Source of the DNA: Candidatus Heimdallarchaeota archaeon
GTDB taxonomy: Archaea > Asgardarchaeota > Heimdallarchaeia > JABLTI01
DNA: 64,000 nt
Reading direction: 5' to 3'
Assembly (NCBI GenBank): GCA_018238155.1
Contig: JABCTZ010000006.1
Span: 1 to 64,000, forward strand
Shown here: positions 1 through 10,351 of the stretch, in pieces
How the letters are laid out: each line of letters opens with the position of its first letter
Position numbering within the stretch: the first letter of the stretch is position 1
Translations under genes and position numbers: made by a program
Notes under the pieces: generated by a model
What the model was told of the DNA's origin: nothing
The model's input: the letters and a program-made list of their open reading frames with translations, nothing else
Databases searched by the model: none

Positions 1-116
1 TCCCCTTTCATAGCATTTTGTGCAGAGGTTGTTACAATAGGTATTGCTAAAAAAACGATCATAATAAATACCATTAACCCTGCTTTCTTTCCAAATTCTT
101 TCCAAATTCTTTCCAC
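1..116 (-). CDS. 5' end of a secreted/membrane protein running off the window edge (partial)
   Basis: Manual minus-strand translation from GTG at 116: VERIWKEFGKKAGLMVFIMIVFLAIPIVTTSAQNAMKG. Basic N-region, hydrophobic core and a T-S-A site look like a Sec signal peptide. Alternative ATG at 74. Confidence 0.5.
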   Translation of the reverse strand, partial: MERIWKEFGKKAGLMVFIMIVFLAIPIVTTSAQNAMKG

Positions 117-367
117 TCCTCTGAATAATTCAAGAAAAAGAACTATTCAATAGATACAAAGTGAAGATACAATAATAAATATTTCTGAGAAAAACTATTT
201 ATGTCGGGAGACAAAAAATATCTGCTGAAAATTTCTAATTCATGTTTTGCTTCACTTGAATTGACATTGTAACAAATTCTTACAGAGAAATAATGCTGCC
301 AATCTTATTTGTTGTTATCGAATAGACCTCTATAAGTTTTGGTTTTTGAAGTCTTAAGGAACGATTA

Positions 368-607
368 GTGAAAAACAGTTCTGAGTTCTTACCTGAAATA
401 TTATCAACAGACAAGTTAATTGTCAGCCATACTCACGTGCCTTTTTTTGATATGGATAACGGTGTTTTCGTTACTGGTTCATTGCTAATCAAAGAGAAGC
501 TGAGGGAGAATGAATATTTCATTAAGAGAAATATTGGTGTATTCTTAGTTATTGATGATGAAGATAGACATGATCCCATAAAGATGAAGAGATTCTTCCA
601 ACTTTGA
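368..607 (+). pseudogene. C-terminal fragment of a calcineurin-like metallophosphoesterase
   Basis: IVSHTHVP resembles the GHTH motif and VFVTGS the N.GS motif. The N-terminal DxH/GD/GNH motifs are absent from the 79-aa ORF. Confidence 0.4.
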
Positions 608-928
608 CCTCCTAAAAGATAAGTATGCTTTTGTTCTATTTATCCACAAGAAAACAACAAAAGTTAAATAACCTTTATTTAATGTTTTAGAAATCCAAAA
701 TGTGAATGTGAATCATATCAAAGTGTATACAAAACCTCTTATAAAAAAGAATTTCTAGTCTCTGGTTATTTTTCCACTAGTTTCTTCTCTAGAAATCTTT
801 CAACTATTTGGAAAAGCTTTTATTCTTCTTTTTTTCATTTGAAATGACGAAATCTTAATAATACTCTGTCAGTAAGATTTTAAATATGGAGTAGCTCATA
901 ATAACTCTGAGCATATCCTAATAGGAAG

Positions 929-1183
929 ATGAACATATCTATGTCAACATTCAATTCACATCCGATTAACCGACTTCGAAAAGCATATGGTAATATGATT
1001 TGCATTCGATTAAAAGACGGTCGAGAATTTCGAGGCTTATTAGAAGCACAAGATCAACATATGAATATGGTTTTGACTAATGCTGTTGAATACTATAAAG
1101 GCGAAAAGGTTGCTGCATTCGGTAAAATATTCATTCGAGGAAATAATATTCTCTGGATACAAATTGATATCCCAGCAGAATAA
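929..1183 (+). CDS. Sm-like (LSm/SmAP) RNA-binding protein
   Basis: Sm1 motif LKDGREFRGLLEAQDQHMNMVL and Sm2 motif IFIRGNNI. Confidence 0.92.
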   Translation: MNISMSTFNSHPINRLRKAYGNMICIRLKDGREFRGLLEAQDQHMNMVLTNAVEYYKGEKVAAFGKIFIRGNNILWIQIDIPAE

Positions 1184-1293
1184 CATCTTGACTCATTTTC
1201 CATTCTGGAATAATTAATTGCTCAAAAAAACTCTTCTCATTTTTTGCTCTTCTAGTGGATAAAAGGTGTTGAAGACAATATAGTTATTTCTTT

Positions 1294-3453
1294 CTAATCT
1301 AAATCTATCTCTTTTTTCTCAATTGTTTTGATTGGTAACTTTGGAGGTGCTCGGTTTTTTTCACTCCGTTTCTTTTGGTATATTTGTTTTAGTTCTTCTC
1401 TTCTCTCACTTTGATATTCTGCAATGAGTAATCCTAATTTTTTCTCAGTTTTCTCACTTTGCAATCTTTGCCTTTGCTCTTCCCAATCAGTAATAGCTTG
1501 TTCTAATTCTTCATAGAAGGTTACGGCAATATCATCTATTTGTCTAATTGGTACCTCAAAAAGTACGGGTATATTTGCTTGAATGAATGCTTCCATTGCT
1601 TTATTTGAAATAATATTCTGTGAACAAACAACTGCTCTTACTTCTCTTTCAATAAGCATTTCAGCTGTTTTTTGTCCTCCTCCAGAAGGGTTGAGCAACA
1701 AAACAACATCGAATGGTTCTATGTTCACTCTTTCAATTGTTTTTTCAATTCCTTCTCGAGAGAATTCATAAATTACTTTCATTGGAACAACGATGTGATT
1801 GGAGTTCATTACGATCATTCGTTTGAGATCAGATATTATTTCCTTCACTTTTCCAAGATCTTTTTCCAAGAATTTTACTTTGCCTCTCAGTAATCTTAAT
1901 TCATCATCGCGAGTTTTGATTGCTCTCTCTCGTTTCAACTCTTGATTTTTTTCATTCGTTAATTTGCTTAATTTTTTGTTGAGTTCTTTATTTTCATTTC
2001 TCGTATTGGTCATACCATCAAATAATCCTTCATTTAAATCTTCGAGATTTTCAATTTGTGTTGTTTGTCTGATGATAAGTTCATTCAATGCAGCTATTTT
2101 TTCTGTTAACGTTACTTCATTTTCTGTTAATGCTATTTCTTCTTCTACTTTTATTTCAGGACGTTCCACTTTTTGAGTGCGTTTTTTTGCCTTTGCAATA
2201 GCATCATGGATATTCATTTCTTCTTTAATGACAATTTGTTTTACCATATTTCGTAGTTGCATTTCTTCTGGGCTTGAAAGTGCTCTATTGATTCGATCAA
2301 ATAAATCGCTGAATTTTTGATATGCTATTATCGCTGCACTAAGAGCATCTCTTTTATGTGAGCCTTTGATCCTAGCTCCAATGCCGTTTGAGAAATCATT
2401 TACAATTTGGCTCTTTACATCTGCACTAAGTAACCTTTCAGGAAAATGAAGTCCTGTATTAAGCATCTTAGCTATTTTAACAACGAAGTTTGGTGGAGGT
2501 GTTACGTCAGCAGCGATTATAGTTGGATCCCCATATGTTGTTATTAATCGAATGATATCTCCTCTCGCAGCACTTCGCATCGAATCAACTAGTAGTATAT
2601 TGCCCGTGAAATTTAGTATCGCAATACCGGTATTTGGACCTGGATTGACACCAATAATTAAACCACGGTTAGATTTTCTTTTTATTCCTAAGGAACCACT
2701 ATTTCTTCCCCCTGTCGCAGGATAAAATTCTAATCGCTTTTTTCTAATTGGTGAGATACTTACTCTTGAGAGCTCTCCTCTAAATGGCTTAACAATTTTC
2801 CTTAGTGGTGCAAATGAAGTATAGATTCTAAATACTGCATTATCATACCCATATTCTGTTTTTCGCACTTCCAAATCAAAATCTATGTTATGATCCAGTA
2901 ATTGTTTTTCTATCTCTCGAGTAAGGTTTAATATTTCTCCTCGCATCTTTCGTGCATATCTTTGTTGTGACCAACCACCAGGACCAATTGATCTTGCTCG
3001 AGAGATTTTTACTTCAGACTCCTCTTCAAAAGGTATTAAAATATAACCAACACTTTTCTCTGCTAAGTGACAAATTATTTCTGCTGTTTGTAATGGATTT
3101 GCATGTTGTGAAGGATATGGAACCTCATGTCTTCTTGCTAACCTATTTAGTGATTCGAAACCATCTGGTGGTGCACCCGTCACTTGAAGTATCTTTGTCT
3201 CGAGAGGGAGTTGGCTGCAAAATTGGATTATTCTTGTAGAGTTTGTTTCAATTTCAAAGATGTTATCTACACCCAAAAATATTGGTTCATGAACTTTGCA
3301 TAATTTTACTAGATTTTTCGTGGAGAGAGAATTATGGCTTTCAATTACTAGCCCGTTTTCCATAACAACTGCCGCAAATTTATTTGCACGATTTGATGGG
3401 CGTTTTTGAGAAGATGCACCTGCTAAAATATCTATACCAATCACTTTAGGCAA
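1294..3453 (-). CDS. DUF460 family protein (RNase H-like domains plus coiled coil, COG2433-like)
   Basis: VIGIDI, GVDNIFE, SRARSIGPGGWSQQRY, IIGVNPG..TGIA and HKRDALSAA motifs, followed by a long heptad region. Confidence 0.85.
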   Translation of the reverse strand: MPKVIGIDILAGASSQKRPSNRANKFAAVVMENGLVIESHNSLSTKNLVKLCKVHEPIFLGVDNIFEIETNSTRIIQFCSQLPLETKILQVTGAPPDGFESLNRLARRHEVPYPSQHANPLQTAEIICHLAEKSVGYILIPFEEESEVKISRARSIGPGGWSQQRYARKMRGEILNLTREIEKQLLDHNIDFDLEVRKTEYGYDNAVFRIYTSFAPLRKIVKPFRGELSRVSISPIRKKRLEFYPATGGRNSGSLGIKRKSNRGLIIGVNPGPNTGIAILNFTGNILLVDSMRSAARGDIIRLITTYGDPTIIAADVTPPPNFVVKIAKMLNTGLHFPERLLSADVKSQIVNDFSNGIGARIKGSHKRDALSAAIIAYQKFSDLFDRINRALSSPEEMQLRNMVKQIVIKEEMNIHDAIAKAKKRTQKVERPEIKVEEEIALTENEVTLTEKIAALNELIIRQTTQIENLEDLNEGLFDGMTNTRNENKELNKKLSKLTNEKNQELKRERAIKTRDDELRLLRGKVKFLEKDLGKVKEIISDLKRMIVMNSNHIVVPMKVIYEFSREGIEKTIERVNIEPFDVVLLLNPSGGGQKTAEMLIEREVRAVVCSQNIISNKAMEAFIQANIPVLFEVPIRQIDDIAVTFYEELEQAITDWEEQRQRLQSEKTEKKLGLLIAEYQSERREELKQIYQKKRSEKNRAPPKLPIKTIEKKEIDLD

Positions 3454-3546
3454 ATGTATTAGCGCTCCACAATAGTTAATAATTACTTATCCGGCAAAAG
3501 GAAAAATATATCGTCAATACTCAAAGAGAACCTTCCTTACTACTCT

Positions 3547-4341
3547 TTATTTTTTGGACAGTTCTTTCAATAAATTGTCAACGATGTCACTCATTGTTTG
3601 AGTAAATTTAACATTTGCCGCATCATCAAATATTAGATTACCATGTAACAGATTTAAAGCAATTCCACAATCACATAGAATAATACCAATGGTTTTCACA
3701 TTGAGTGTTTTCTTAAAATGCTTTTCCCAATTTGCAATAAATTTCTTGGGTGTACCTACTACTACTTGGTTGAATATCATAAAGTCTTTTCTCTTCAATG
3801 TTCCAAGCATTGAATAAAGTTCTTTGAGTAAAAAGGTAGTTCCAGAAATACCATATTGATTTGGTCTCAAAACCATAACTGTTGCATCAGCAATTATAAT
3901 CGCATTAACAGATGCTAAAGTCATAGATGGAGAGGTATCCATTATAAGATATTGATATCCAAGTTTTTCGAATTCCTTTTTGGATTGAATTAATTTTTTC
4001 AATGCTTTTGTATGCAAATTTTTATCCATACTTAGAAGCCCTTGACCGAATTTTGGTTTTGGGTCTGCAAAGATAATATCTAATTTTGGATCAATGCCAG
4101 AATTTGTTGGCAAATCTTCAGGTTTGAGAGCATTTTGAGCATTTTTTTGTTCTTCAAATAGATCATTAAAACGGAATTTGGGTTCTATTCCTGGAAAAAT
4201 GCTGTCAAAGGTTGGAGCATTCAGATCTGCATCAATTACTAGGGTCTTAAAACCTCTATGAGCTAAATTTATCGCTGTATTTAATGCTAAAGTTGTTTTA
4301 CCAGTGCCACCTTTATATGAATGAAATACTATGACCTTCAT
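3547..4341 (-). CDS. MinD/ParA family ATPase
   Basis: Deviant Walker A HSYKGGTGKTT, IDADL and Walker B LIMDTSP. ATG at 4341 has an upstream GGAGG (ORF open to 4365). Confidence 0.9.
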   Translation of the reverse strand: MKVIVFHSYKGGTGKTTLALNTAINLAHRGFKTLVIDADLNAPTFDSIFPGIEPKFRFNDLFEEQKNAQNALKPEDLPTNSGIDPKLDIIFADPKPKFGQGLLSMDKNLHTKALKKLIQSKKEFEKLGYQYLIMDTSPSMTLASVNAIIIADATVMVLRPNQYGISGTTFLLKELYSMLGTLKRKDFMIFNQVVVGTPKKFIANWEKHFKKTLNVKTIGIILCDCGIALNLLHGNLIFDDAANVKFTQTMSDIVDNLLKELSKK

Positions 4342-4365
4342 CTTTGTTATATCCTCCAAATGCAC

Positions 4366-5118
4366 CTAATTTGCTTTATACAACATTTCTTTACTTTCAT
4401 CTTCATGAGGAATAATAATAACTAATCCTTTGGCAATTAGTTTATCAAGAATAACCAATTCTTTTCGTTTATTACGTTTTGTGATTGCGCAAATATCTTT
4501 TATCTTTGCTCCTTGTTTTTCAGTGTTAGTCATGATATCCATTATTGCCCTTGCAGTAAGATTTTCATCTTGTGGTAGTGCGAGTAAGATTGTGATATCA
4601 AACAAACTTTCTATATCTGTTAAAGGTTGTTTAAAATTTCTTACTGAATTAAGAAGCGATTGAATGAATTTATTGTAATTCTTTGTTAATCTTTTGATGA
4701 ATTTCTCAGTTAAAGCATCAACAGATAAAATATTTAGCAATTGTTCTGCTAGAAAATGTTCTGTTTCCAAATAAAATCTGCGAATAAGTTCTAATCCTTT
4801 TTGGTTTGCTATTATGCAAATGATTCCTATTCTATTGATACGCATTCGATGGTCTTCTTCCGTTCCTAATCCTTTCATATTGTGATCAAAAGCAACGGCA
4901 TAACTCTCCGTAGAAGGTATTTGTAAAATACCTCTGATTTTTCCCGGACCATGTTCTTCGCGCTCAAAACCTGTCATAAATGCTGTAAAACCTTTCACTG
5001 CTAAATACATTTGAGCAATTTCATCTAAATTTGAATTATTAATGTACGTTTGTGGACCTGCTTCAGTCATCATTACAACTGCGATACCGATTTCAGAGGG
5101 TTGTTCAGTTTCTGTCAT
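4366..5118 (-). CDS. Hypothetical protein: N-terminal longin/uDENN-like domain plus C-terminal winged HTH
   Basis: IAVVMMTEAGPQ resembles the uDENN/longin strand-xxx-GP start. C-terminal AKIKDICAITKRNKRKELVILDKLIAKGLV looks like a wHTH. ORF open to 5163. Confidence 0.55.
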   Translation of the reverse strand: MTETEQPSEIGIAVVMMTEAGPQTYINNSNLDEIAQMYLAVKGFTAFMTGFEREEHGPGKIRGILQIPSTESYAVAFDHNMKGLGTEEDHRMRINRIGIICIIANQKGLELIRRFYLETEHFLAEQLLNILSVDALTEKFIKRLTKNYNKFIQSLLNSVRNFKQPLTDIESLFDITILLALPQDENLTARAIMDIMTNTEKQGAKIKDICAITKRNKRKELVILDKLIAKGLVIIIPHEDESKEMLYKAN

Positions 5119-5428
5119 TACTTTTATTTCCGATTTCTTCTTTACACACAGCAGCTTTACCATTCACTGCAATATATTTAGTCTTTCTATTTGGACACAT
5201 TCAATCTCTAACAGAGAAACTGTTATTTCACTTGTTAGAATTTTATTTATACTTCTAAATGATTTTAGAAGCGTAAAACACTCGAACCCAATTAAAATAA
5301 ATTGAAACTATAAGAAAAACTTCTAAAACATTAAGGAAAGAAATTATTCACTTTAACAGAAAAAATAAAATAGGTGCTGTTTAGCATACTGTCATATAGA
5401 CACGGAGAAAAGTTTCGAGGCATAACTA

Positions 5429-5743
5429 ATGAGTATAGAAAAAATACGCAAAGCAGAAAAACAAGCAGAAAGAACAATTGTTGGTTCAAGAAAAAAGTCT
5501 CAAGAACAGATAAGAGACGCACAAATAGAATCAAAGAAAATGCTAGAAGATGCTCAGAGAGATGCTCAAAAAGAACTTGATAAACTAAAAGATCAATCTA
5601 CAAAGAATATTGAGAAAGAACGGAAAAAATCACAAACTGTTGTAGAGAAATCTATCGCAGAAATTGACGAATCTAGCAAGAAAAAACAGAAAGAAGCAAT
5701 AAAGATTATTGTTGATGATGTTACAACAATAAGTCAAATTTAG
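5429..5743 (+). CDS. A/V-type ATP synthase peripheral stalk subunit H (G-like)
   Basis: 104-aa charged coiled coil starting IEKIRKAEKQAERTI and ending KEAIKIIV, adjacent to subunit F. Confidence 0.75.
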   Translation: MSIEKIRKAEKQAERTIVGSRKKSQEQIRDAQIESKKMLEDAQRDAQKELDKLKDQSTKNIEKERKKSQTVVEKSIAEIDESSKKKQKEAIKIIVDDVTTISQI

Positions 5744-5746
5744 AGA

Positions 5747-6124
5747 ATGATTCTAGGATTGAATAATATGAAAATTGTAAGCATGACTAGCGCTGATATC
5801 GCAATGGGTTTGCGGTTAGGTGGGTTAAAAGATTGCCATGTCGTGGAAAACCCGGAAGAATGTGATAATTTACTTATAGAGTTAACACAGGATACTGATA
5901 TAGGCATCTTACTAATAGATGATAGTATTGCTAGATTTCATCATAAATTGATAGATCAAATCAGAGCAAACAAGAAAACTTTTCCGATTATTGTCGCAAT
6001 TCAAACAACAGCAAAAACAGAAGCTGGTGAAGGTATTGACCCTCTCACGGATCTTATTAAACGAGCAATAGGTGTTGATATCTCTGTCGAGAAAGAGCAA
6101 GAAAGTCAAACATCATCAATTTAA
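5747..6124 (+). CDS. atpF: A/V-type ATP synthase subunit F
   Basis: MKIV..TSADIAMGLRLGG, DIGILLID, PIIVAI and LIKRAIGVDI motifs. Likely start at ATG 5768. Confidence 0.88.
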   Translation: MILGLNNMKIVSMTSADIAMGLRLGGLKDCHVVENPEECDNLLIELTQDTDIGILLIDDSIARFHHKLIDQIRANKKTFPIIVAIQTTAKTEAGEGIDPLTDLIKRAIGVDISVEKEQESQTSSI

Positions 6125-6230
6125 TAGTATCCGCTATTAAATTCTTTTTTACACTAGCTTTTTTCTTTATTTTTTATTTTAGCATTTAACACCAAATTAG
6201 TCAATAAACAAAGTTCCAGGTTGAAAAGAC

Positions 6231-8261
6231 ATGCACAAGAGAAAAATTAACACTAAACCATTTTTGGGTGCACTTAAACTCAATTGGTGTAATCAATGTA
6301 ATCTGCCGATTCTAGATAAAAAACGATGTGGAAAATGTGGCTCTGAAACAAGAAAAGTGAAGCATGCCCCACCTGGTGATGTTCGCCCAGCATTCGAAAA
6401 AGATCTAGTAAGAATAAGTTCGATAATTGATGATAAATATGGAGCTGGAAGCTCTGAAGCTCTCGGATTAAATCGACAAAGACTAGTTCTATTGAATGGA
6501 GTCGGTTTTGATGATTTAATGGATGAAATAATCATTGATGGTGTTGTTGTGGGTTCCATCAGATATCTTTTACAATTAGAAGATTGGGATTTCTTTCCAA
6601 GATTAATTGGTGCTCAAAGAATTTTTGAACGAGATTCTCCACCAAAGAAAAAATATGTAACGGTAGATGAAGGTGCAGTAAAATACATCGCAGATGGAGC
6701 AAATGCACTAGCTCCGGGTATTAAGGATTTAGATCCTCATCTGCGAAAAAGCGAAGCAGTAGTAGTCCTCAGTCCCAAAGGAAAAGTCCTTTCCACAGGA
6801 ACAATGAGAATAAACGCCAAAGAACTGAAAGATAAGAAGAAAGGTACTGTGGTGAAACCAAAACACTTTCTGAGGAAAAAACCAGAAGAAATAAGTGTGA
6901 ATATTACTGCTGCAAACCAAACTTGGGATGAAGCAGTAGTAGCAAATACTGTTACACTGCAAGAATATGAAGTTAGAGCGTTAAGAGGAATACAAAGAGT
7001 TATTGACAGAAATCCTAAATTGCCTCTCTCTGTTTCATTTAGTGGAGGTAAAGATTCTCTTGTCTGTTTAGGATTAGCTCGTAAGTTAACTGATATTGAT
7101 TTCAAAATCATTTTTTTGAATACAGGTCTAGAATTTCCAGAAACTTTGCAATATATCGAAGAATTTATTTCTAAATACAATTATAATGATCGTTTCTGTC
7201 GAATGGATATTCCTACAGAAAAATTCTGGCAAAATGTGGAAAAATATGGTCCCCCGGGTAAAGATTACCGTTATTGTTGTAAAATATTAAAAATTGGTCC
7301 AATTAATGATTTGATTGAAAAGTGCATCGGACAGAAGACACTGAGTTTAATTGGGCAAAGAGCTTATGAAAGCAGAGCAAGATCTGAAAGCAAAATTGTG
7401 TGGACTAATCCATGGATACCAAACCAACTAAATTTCACTCCAATTCAAAAATGGACCGCTCTACATGTTTGGTTATATATTTTCAAAGAAAAATTACCTT
7501 ATAATCCGTTATATGAACGAGGTTTTGCACGAATCGGGTGTTGGTTATGTCCCGCAAGTAATCAGGGAACGTTTGAAATAATCAAAGATGTTAGCCCAAA
7601 TCTTTGGTCTGAATGGAATAGTTTTCTAGAAAATTGGCGCGAAAAAAATGATTTGCCAAAAGAGTGGCTCACTTGGGGTTTGTGGCGTTGGAAGAAATTG
7701 CCAAAGAAAATGTTTGATCTCGCAAATGAACAAAATATCATCTTGGATTATGAGAAGCGCGTTCAAAAAGAGCCTGGTGACTGGGATTTGCAGTTTCAAT
7801 TGATAGAGGGTTTTGCTACTTGTAAATCTGGTGACTTGATTTTTGAGGGAACCTTTGATTCAGCTCTAAATCTCACCCGTTTGCAACAATTCTGGGGAAT
7901 ATTCAGCGAAACTGATTATGATGAAAATCTAGGAATTTTGAGAGGTGTTACATCTGATGATACCTCAGTTACGCTTTCTGCAGATGGAGCTATAACTGCA
8001 AGTGGTAGAGATGCAAGAAAGATTGAAGATTTTTTGAAAAAACTCATTCTAGAAGTTTTTCGATCTGAAGAATGCACCGGTTGTCGTGTTTGTATATCAC
8101 ATTGTCCTACAAAAGCAATTGTTATGAATGAAGATTATAATCAAGTGGAAATTATTGAAGAGCTTTGTAATCAATGCGGTGACTGCCATAGAAAATGTCC
8201 AGTAATAAAATTCGGTCATACTGAAATTGAAACAATTTTCATAGAAGATGAGAAAGAGTAG
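6231..8261 (+). CDS. PAPS-reductase family protein with Zn ribbon, PUA domain and C-terminal 4Fe-4S dicluster
   Basis: WCNQC..CGKCG, PUA (VDEGAVKYIADGANALAPGI), PP-loop SFSGGKDS, CC, RIGCWLCP and two CxxCxxCxxxCP motifs. Confidence 0.88.
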   Translation: MHKRKINTKPFLGALKLNWCNQCNLPILDKKRCGKCGSETRKVKHAPPGDVRPAFEKDLVRISSIIDDKYGAGSSEALGLNRQRLVLLNGVGFDDLMDEIIIDGVVVGSIRYLLQLEDWDFFPRLIGAQRIFERDSPPKKKYVTVDEGAVKYIADGANALAPGIKDLDPHLRKSEAVVVLSPKGKVLSTGTMRINAKELKDKKKGTVVKPKHFLRKKPEEISVNITAANQTWDEAVVANTVTLQEYEVRALRGIQRVIDRNPKLPLSVSFSGGKDSLVCLGLARKLTDIDFKIIFLNTGLEFPETLQYIEEFISKYNYNDRFCRMDIPTEKFWQNVEKYGPPGKDYRYCCKILKIGPINDLIEKCIGQKTLSLIGQRAYESRARSESKIVWTNPWIPNQLNFTPIQKWTALHVWLYIFKEKLPYNPLYERGFARIGCWLCPASNQGTFEIIKDVSPNLWSEWNSFLENWREKNDLPKEWLTWGLWRWKKLPKKMFDLANEQNIILDYEKRVQKEPGDWDLQFQLIEGFATCKSGDLIFEGTFDSALNLTRLQQFWGIFSETDYDENLGILRGVTSDDTSVTLSADGAITASGRDARKIEDFLKKLILEVFRSEECTGCRVCISHCPTKAIVMNEDYNQVEIIEELCNQCGDCHRKCPVIKFGHTEIETIFIEDEKE

Positions 8262-8263
8262 TC

Positions 8264-8282
8264 CTAGATCACAACGATCTAG
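8264..8282. terminator. Hairpin between convergent genes
   Basis: CTAGATC-acaac-GATCTAG. Confidence 0.4.
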
Positions 8283-8303
8283 TCCTATTATTTATTGATA
8301 GTC

Positions 8304-8645
8304 TTATTTTGATTTAAGAAACATGATTGCTTTTGCCATATCTCCATCACATTCAAGAAGAGCATTTTCAGCTTCGTCATCTGTAGCTCCTGTTTGTGAG
8401 GCAACTAATGCAACATCTTCATCTGAAATTTCAATTTCAATAATTTCTACGTCAGTTCTATTTCTTTTTTTTGCATTTCCCGAAATTTGATATATTTCTT
8501 GACCCATATTCATTTTTGTAACTTCTGCTCTTTGGATTGCTAGTTCATAGTCAGAAAAACGTATGATTACTTCTTCAACACCTTCGAGTTCCTGCATTTT
8601 CATTTTTTTCATCATTTTTTGAATATCACGTGGATTCATACCCAT
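8304..8645 (-). CDS. nac: Nascent polypeptide-associated complex protein (archaeal NAC)
   Basis: MNPRDIQKMMKKM..ELEGVEEVIIR and UBA tail EDVALVASQTGAT..A..AL....GDMAKAIM. Confidence 0.93.
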   Translation of the reverse strand: MGMNPRDIQKMMKKMKMQELEGVEEVIIRFSDYELAIQRAEVTKMNMGQEIYQISGNAKKRNRTDVEIIEIEISDEDVALVASQTGATDDEAENALLECDGDMAKAIMFLKSK

Positions 8646-8799
8646 TTTATATCGCCTTTAAGTTTCGTCTTTTTCTAATTCCTACATCAAAGTTATTTCT
8701 ATTTTTAGTTTTCCCTACTTATGACTATCATTTTGAATATTTGTTTAAAAAAATCTGCAGAAGTAATTTTTCTCTATTATACTAGATGAATCTTTACTT

Positions 8800-9177
8800 C
8801 TAATATGATGCTACATCAACACGCCATTCATCATTGTCATCTTTATCTTTGACTACATGAATAGGTACTTGACCTGAACCTTGTTTCTTCCCTTCCTTAT
8901 TCAAACGATGGAAGAAGAATTTTATTTTATTATTCGAGCTCTGTCTTTCATCTTTAAGTTTGAACTTGTAAGAGTATTCCAGTTCATCAACATATTTTCT
9001 ACCTGTTTTCCAATAAAAATCCGGAGAAGAACCGTATCTGTCCGCTTGCTCTTGATGGAATTTTCGCATGGTTTTCAACCATTCGTCTCTATCGTCTTCC
9101 ATGAGTAGCTTATAATGAAGAGTAGCGATTTCTTCGGGGTTCATCCCTGGTTTAACTTTATCACCCATGATAATCAA
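8800..9177 (-). CDS. Hypothetical protein (possible NTF2-like fold)
   Basis: 125-aa ORF with normal composition, starting PEEIA...L and ending EWRV. Fold guess is weak. Confidence 0.6.
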   Translation of the reverse strand: MIIMGDKVKPGMNPEEIATLHYKLLMEDDRDEWLKTMRKFHQEQADRYGSSPDFYWKTGRKYVDELEYSYKFKLKDERQSSNNKIKFFFHRLNKEGKKQGSGQVPIHVVKDKDDNDEWRVDVASY

Positions 9178-9238
9178 CTAAATTAATTATCAAAAAATAA
9201 ACTAAAAACCTTTGCCATAATGCATTTGTTGTGAAAAT

Positions 9239-10351
9239 TCATTCGAAAAATTGTCTAATTGATTTTTCGAGCGGTTGTTTCAATATCTTTGTTGGAGTTA
9301 TTATACCAGTTATATTCTTTGCTGGAGTTATATCAAAAGCCGGATTGATATTTTGTGAAAATGGATGATGAATAATTCTTCTTTTCGCTTTTGTTTCATT
9401 TATTGCATCTACACTCATTGCTGTGCGAATTTCTTCTCCAGAGCGTTCTTCAATAATTACGTCTTTACCAGATGTGGTTTTTAAATCAAAAGTACTTCTT
9501 GGAGCAGCAACGTAAAATGGTATCTCATGTTCTTTACAGAGAACACTTAGAGTATATGTGCCAATTTTATTTGCAAAATCTCCATTGCTTACTATTCTAT
9601 CTGCTCCAACAATGACCATATCGATTTTACCTTGACTAATTAGATGACCTGCTGCTCCATCTGCATTTATGTAATGATTAATCCCTTCATTGTGTAATTC
9701 CCAAGCAGTTAGTCTTCCACCCTGAATTCTAGGTCTTGTTTCATTGACATAAACAGTAATTTCTTTTCCAACTTCATTTGCCTTTCTGATTGGTGCTAAT
9801 GCGGTTCCAAAATCGATAGTAGCTAGTGCTCCTGCGTTACAGATAGTCATTATTGTACACTTTTCTGGAATTAATTGATTGCCAATATCACCTATTCCTT
9901 TGCATTCCTCTAGTGTTTCCTTAGCAATGGATTCAACAGTTGCTTTAATCTGTTCGATATTTTCACTTACAGAAATTGATGAATCTAAAATTGATTCGAT
10001 ACGATTCAAAGTATTGAATAAATCAACAGCGGTAGGACGAGTTTTTGATAGTTCATTGGAAGCATTTTTCACAATCTTCTCAAGTTGGAGAAAATTTTCG
10101 ATGATACCGGTATTCACTACTTGTTGTAAACCAAATGCAGCAGTAACTCCAATTAAAGGCGCTCCACGTACAACCATTTCTTTAATTGCAAAACAAGTTT
10201 GTTTAAGATTACTAGCTTCGAAAATTTCAAATGAAAAAGGCAATTTTCGTTGATCGATCATATTGATTATTCCTTTCTCATTCCACCAAATAGATTGGAA
10301 ATTTTTTGTCTCTTTGTTTATAATAACTTTCAAATTTGAATAACCTACCAT
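9239..10351 (-). CDS. mtnA: S-methyl-5-thioribose-1-phosphate isomerase (eIF2B-alpha family)
   Basis: IDQRKLP, MVVRGAPLIG, TRPTAVDL, TICNAGALAT, ETRP, GADRI, NKIGTY and NPAFDITP motifs. Confidence 0.93.
   Translation of the reverse strand: MVGYSNLKVIINKETKNFQSIWWNEKGIINMIDQRKLPFSFEIFEASNLKQTCFAIKEMVVRGAPLIGVTAAFGLQQVVNTGIIENFLQLEKIVKNASNELSKTRPTAVDLFNTLNRIESILDSSISVSENIEQIKATVESIAKETLEECKGIGDIGNQLIPEKCTIMTICNAGALATIDFGTALAPIRKANEVGKEITVYVNETRPRIQGGRLTAWELHNEGINHYINADGAAGHLISQGKIDMVIVGADRIVSNGDFANKIGTYTLSVLCKEHEIPFYVAAPRSTFDLKTTSGKDVIIEERSGEEIRTAMSVDAINETKAKRRIIHHPFSQNINPAFDITPAKNITGIITPTKILKQPLEKSIRQFFE

Noticed and set aside
86-115. 11-bp tandem repeat (tctttccaaat) as CRISPR or iteron
   Set aside because: Only about 2.5 copies with no spacers; lies within the probable 5' coding end.
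9239-10351. Translation factor eIF2B subunit as a eukaryotic signature
   Set aside because: Retains the full MtnA active-site motifs (RGAP, CNAG.LAT), so it is an ordinary isomerase.
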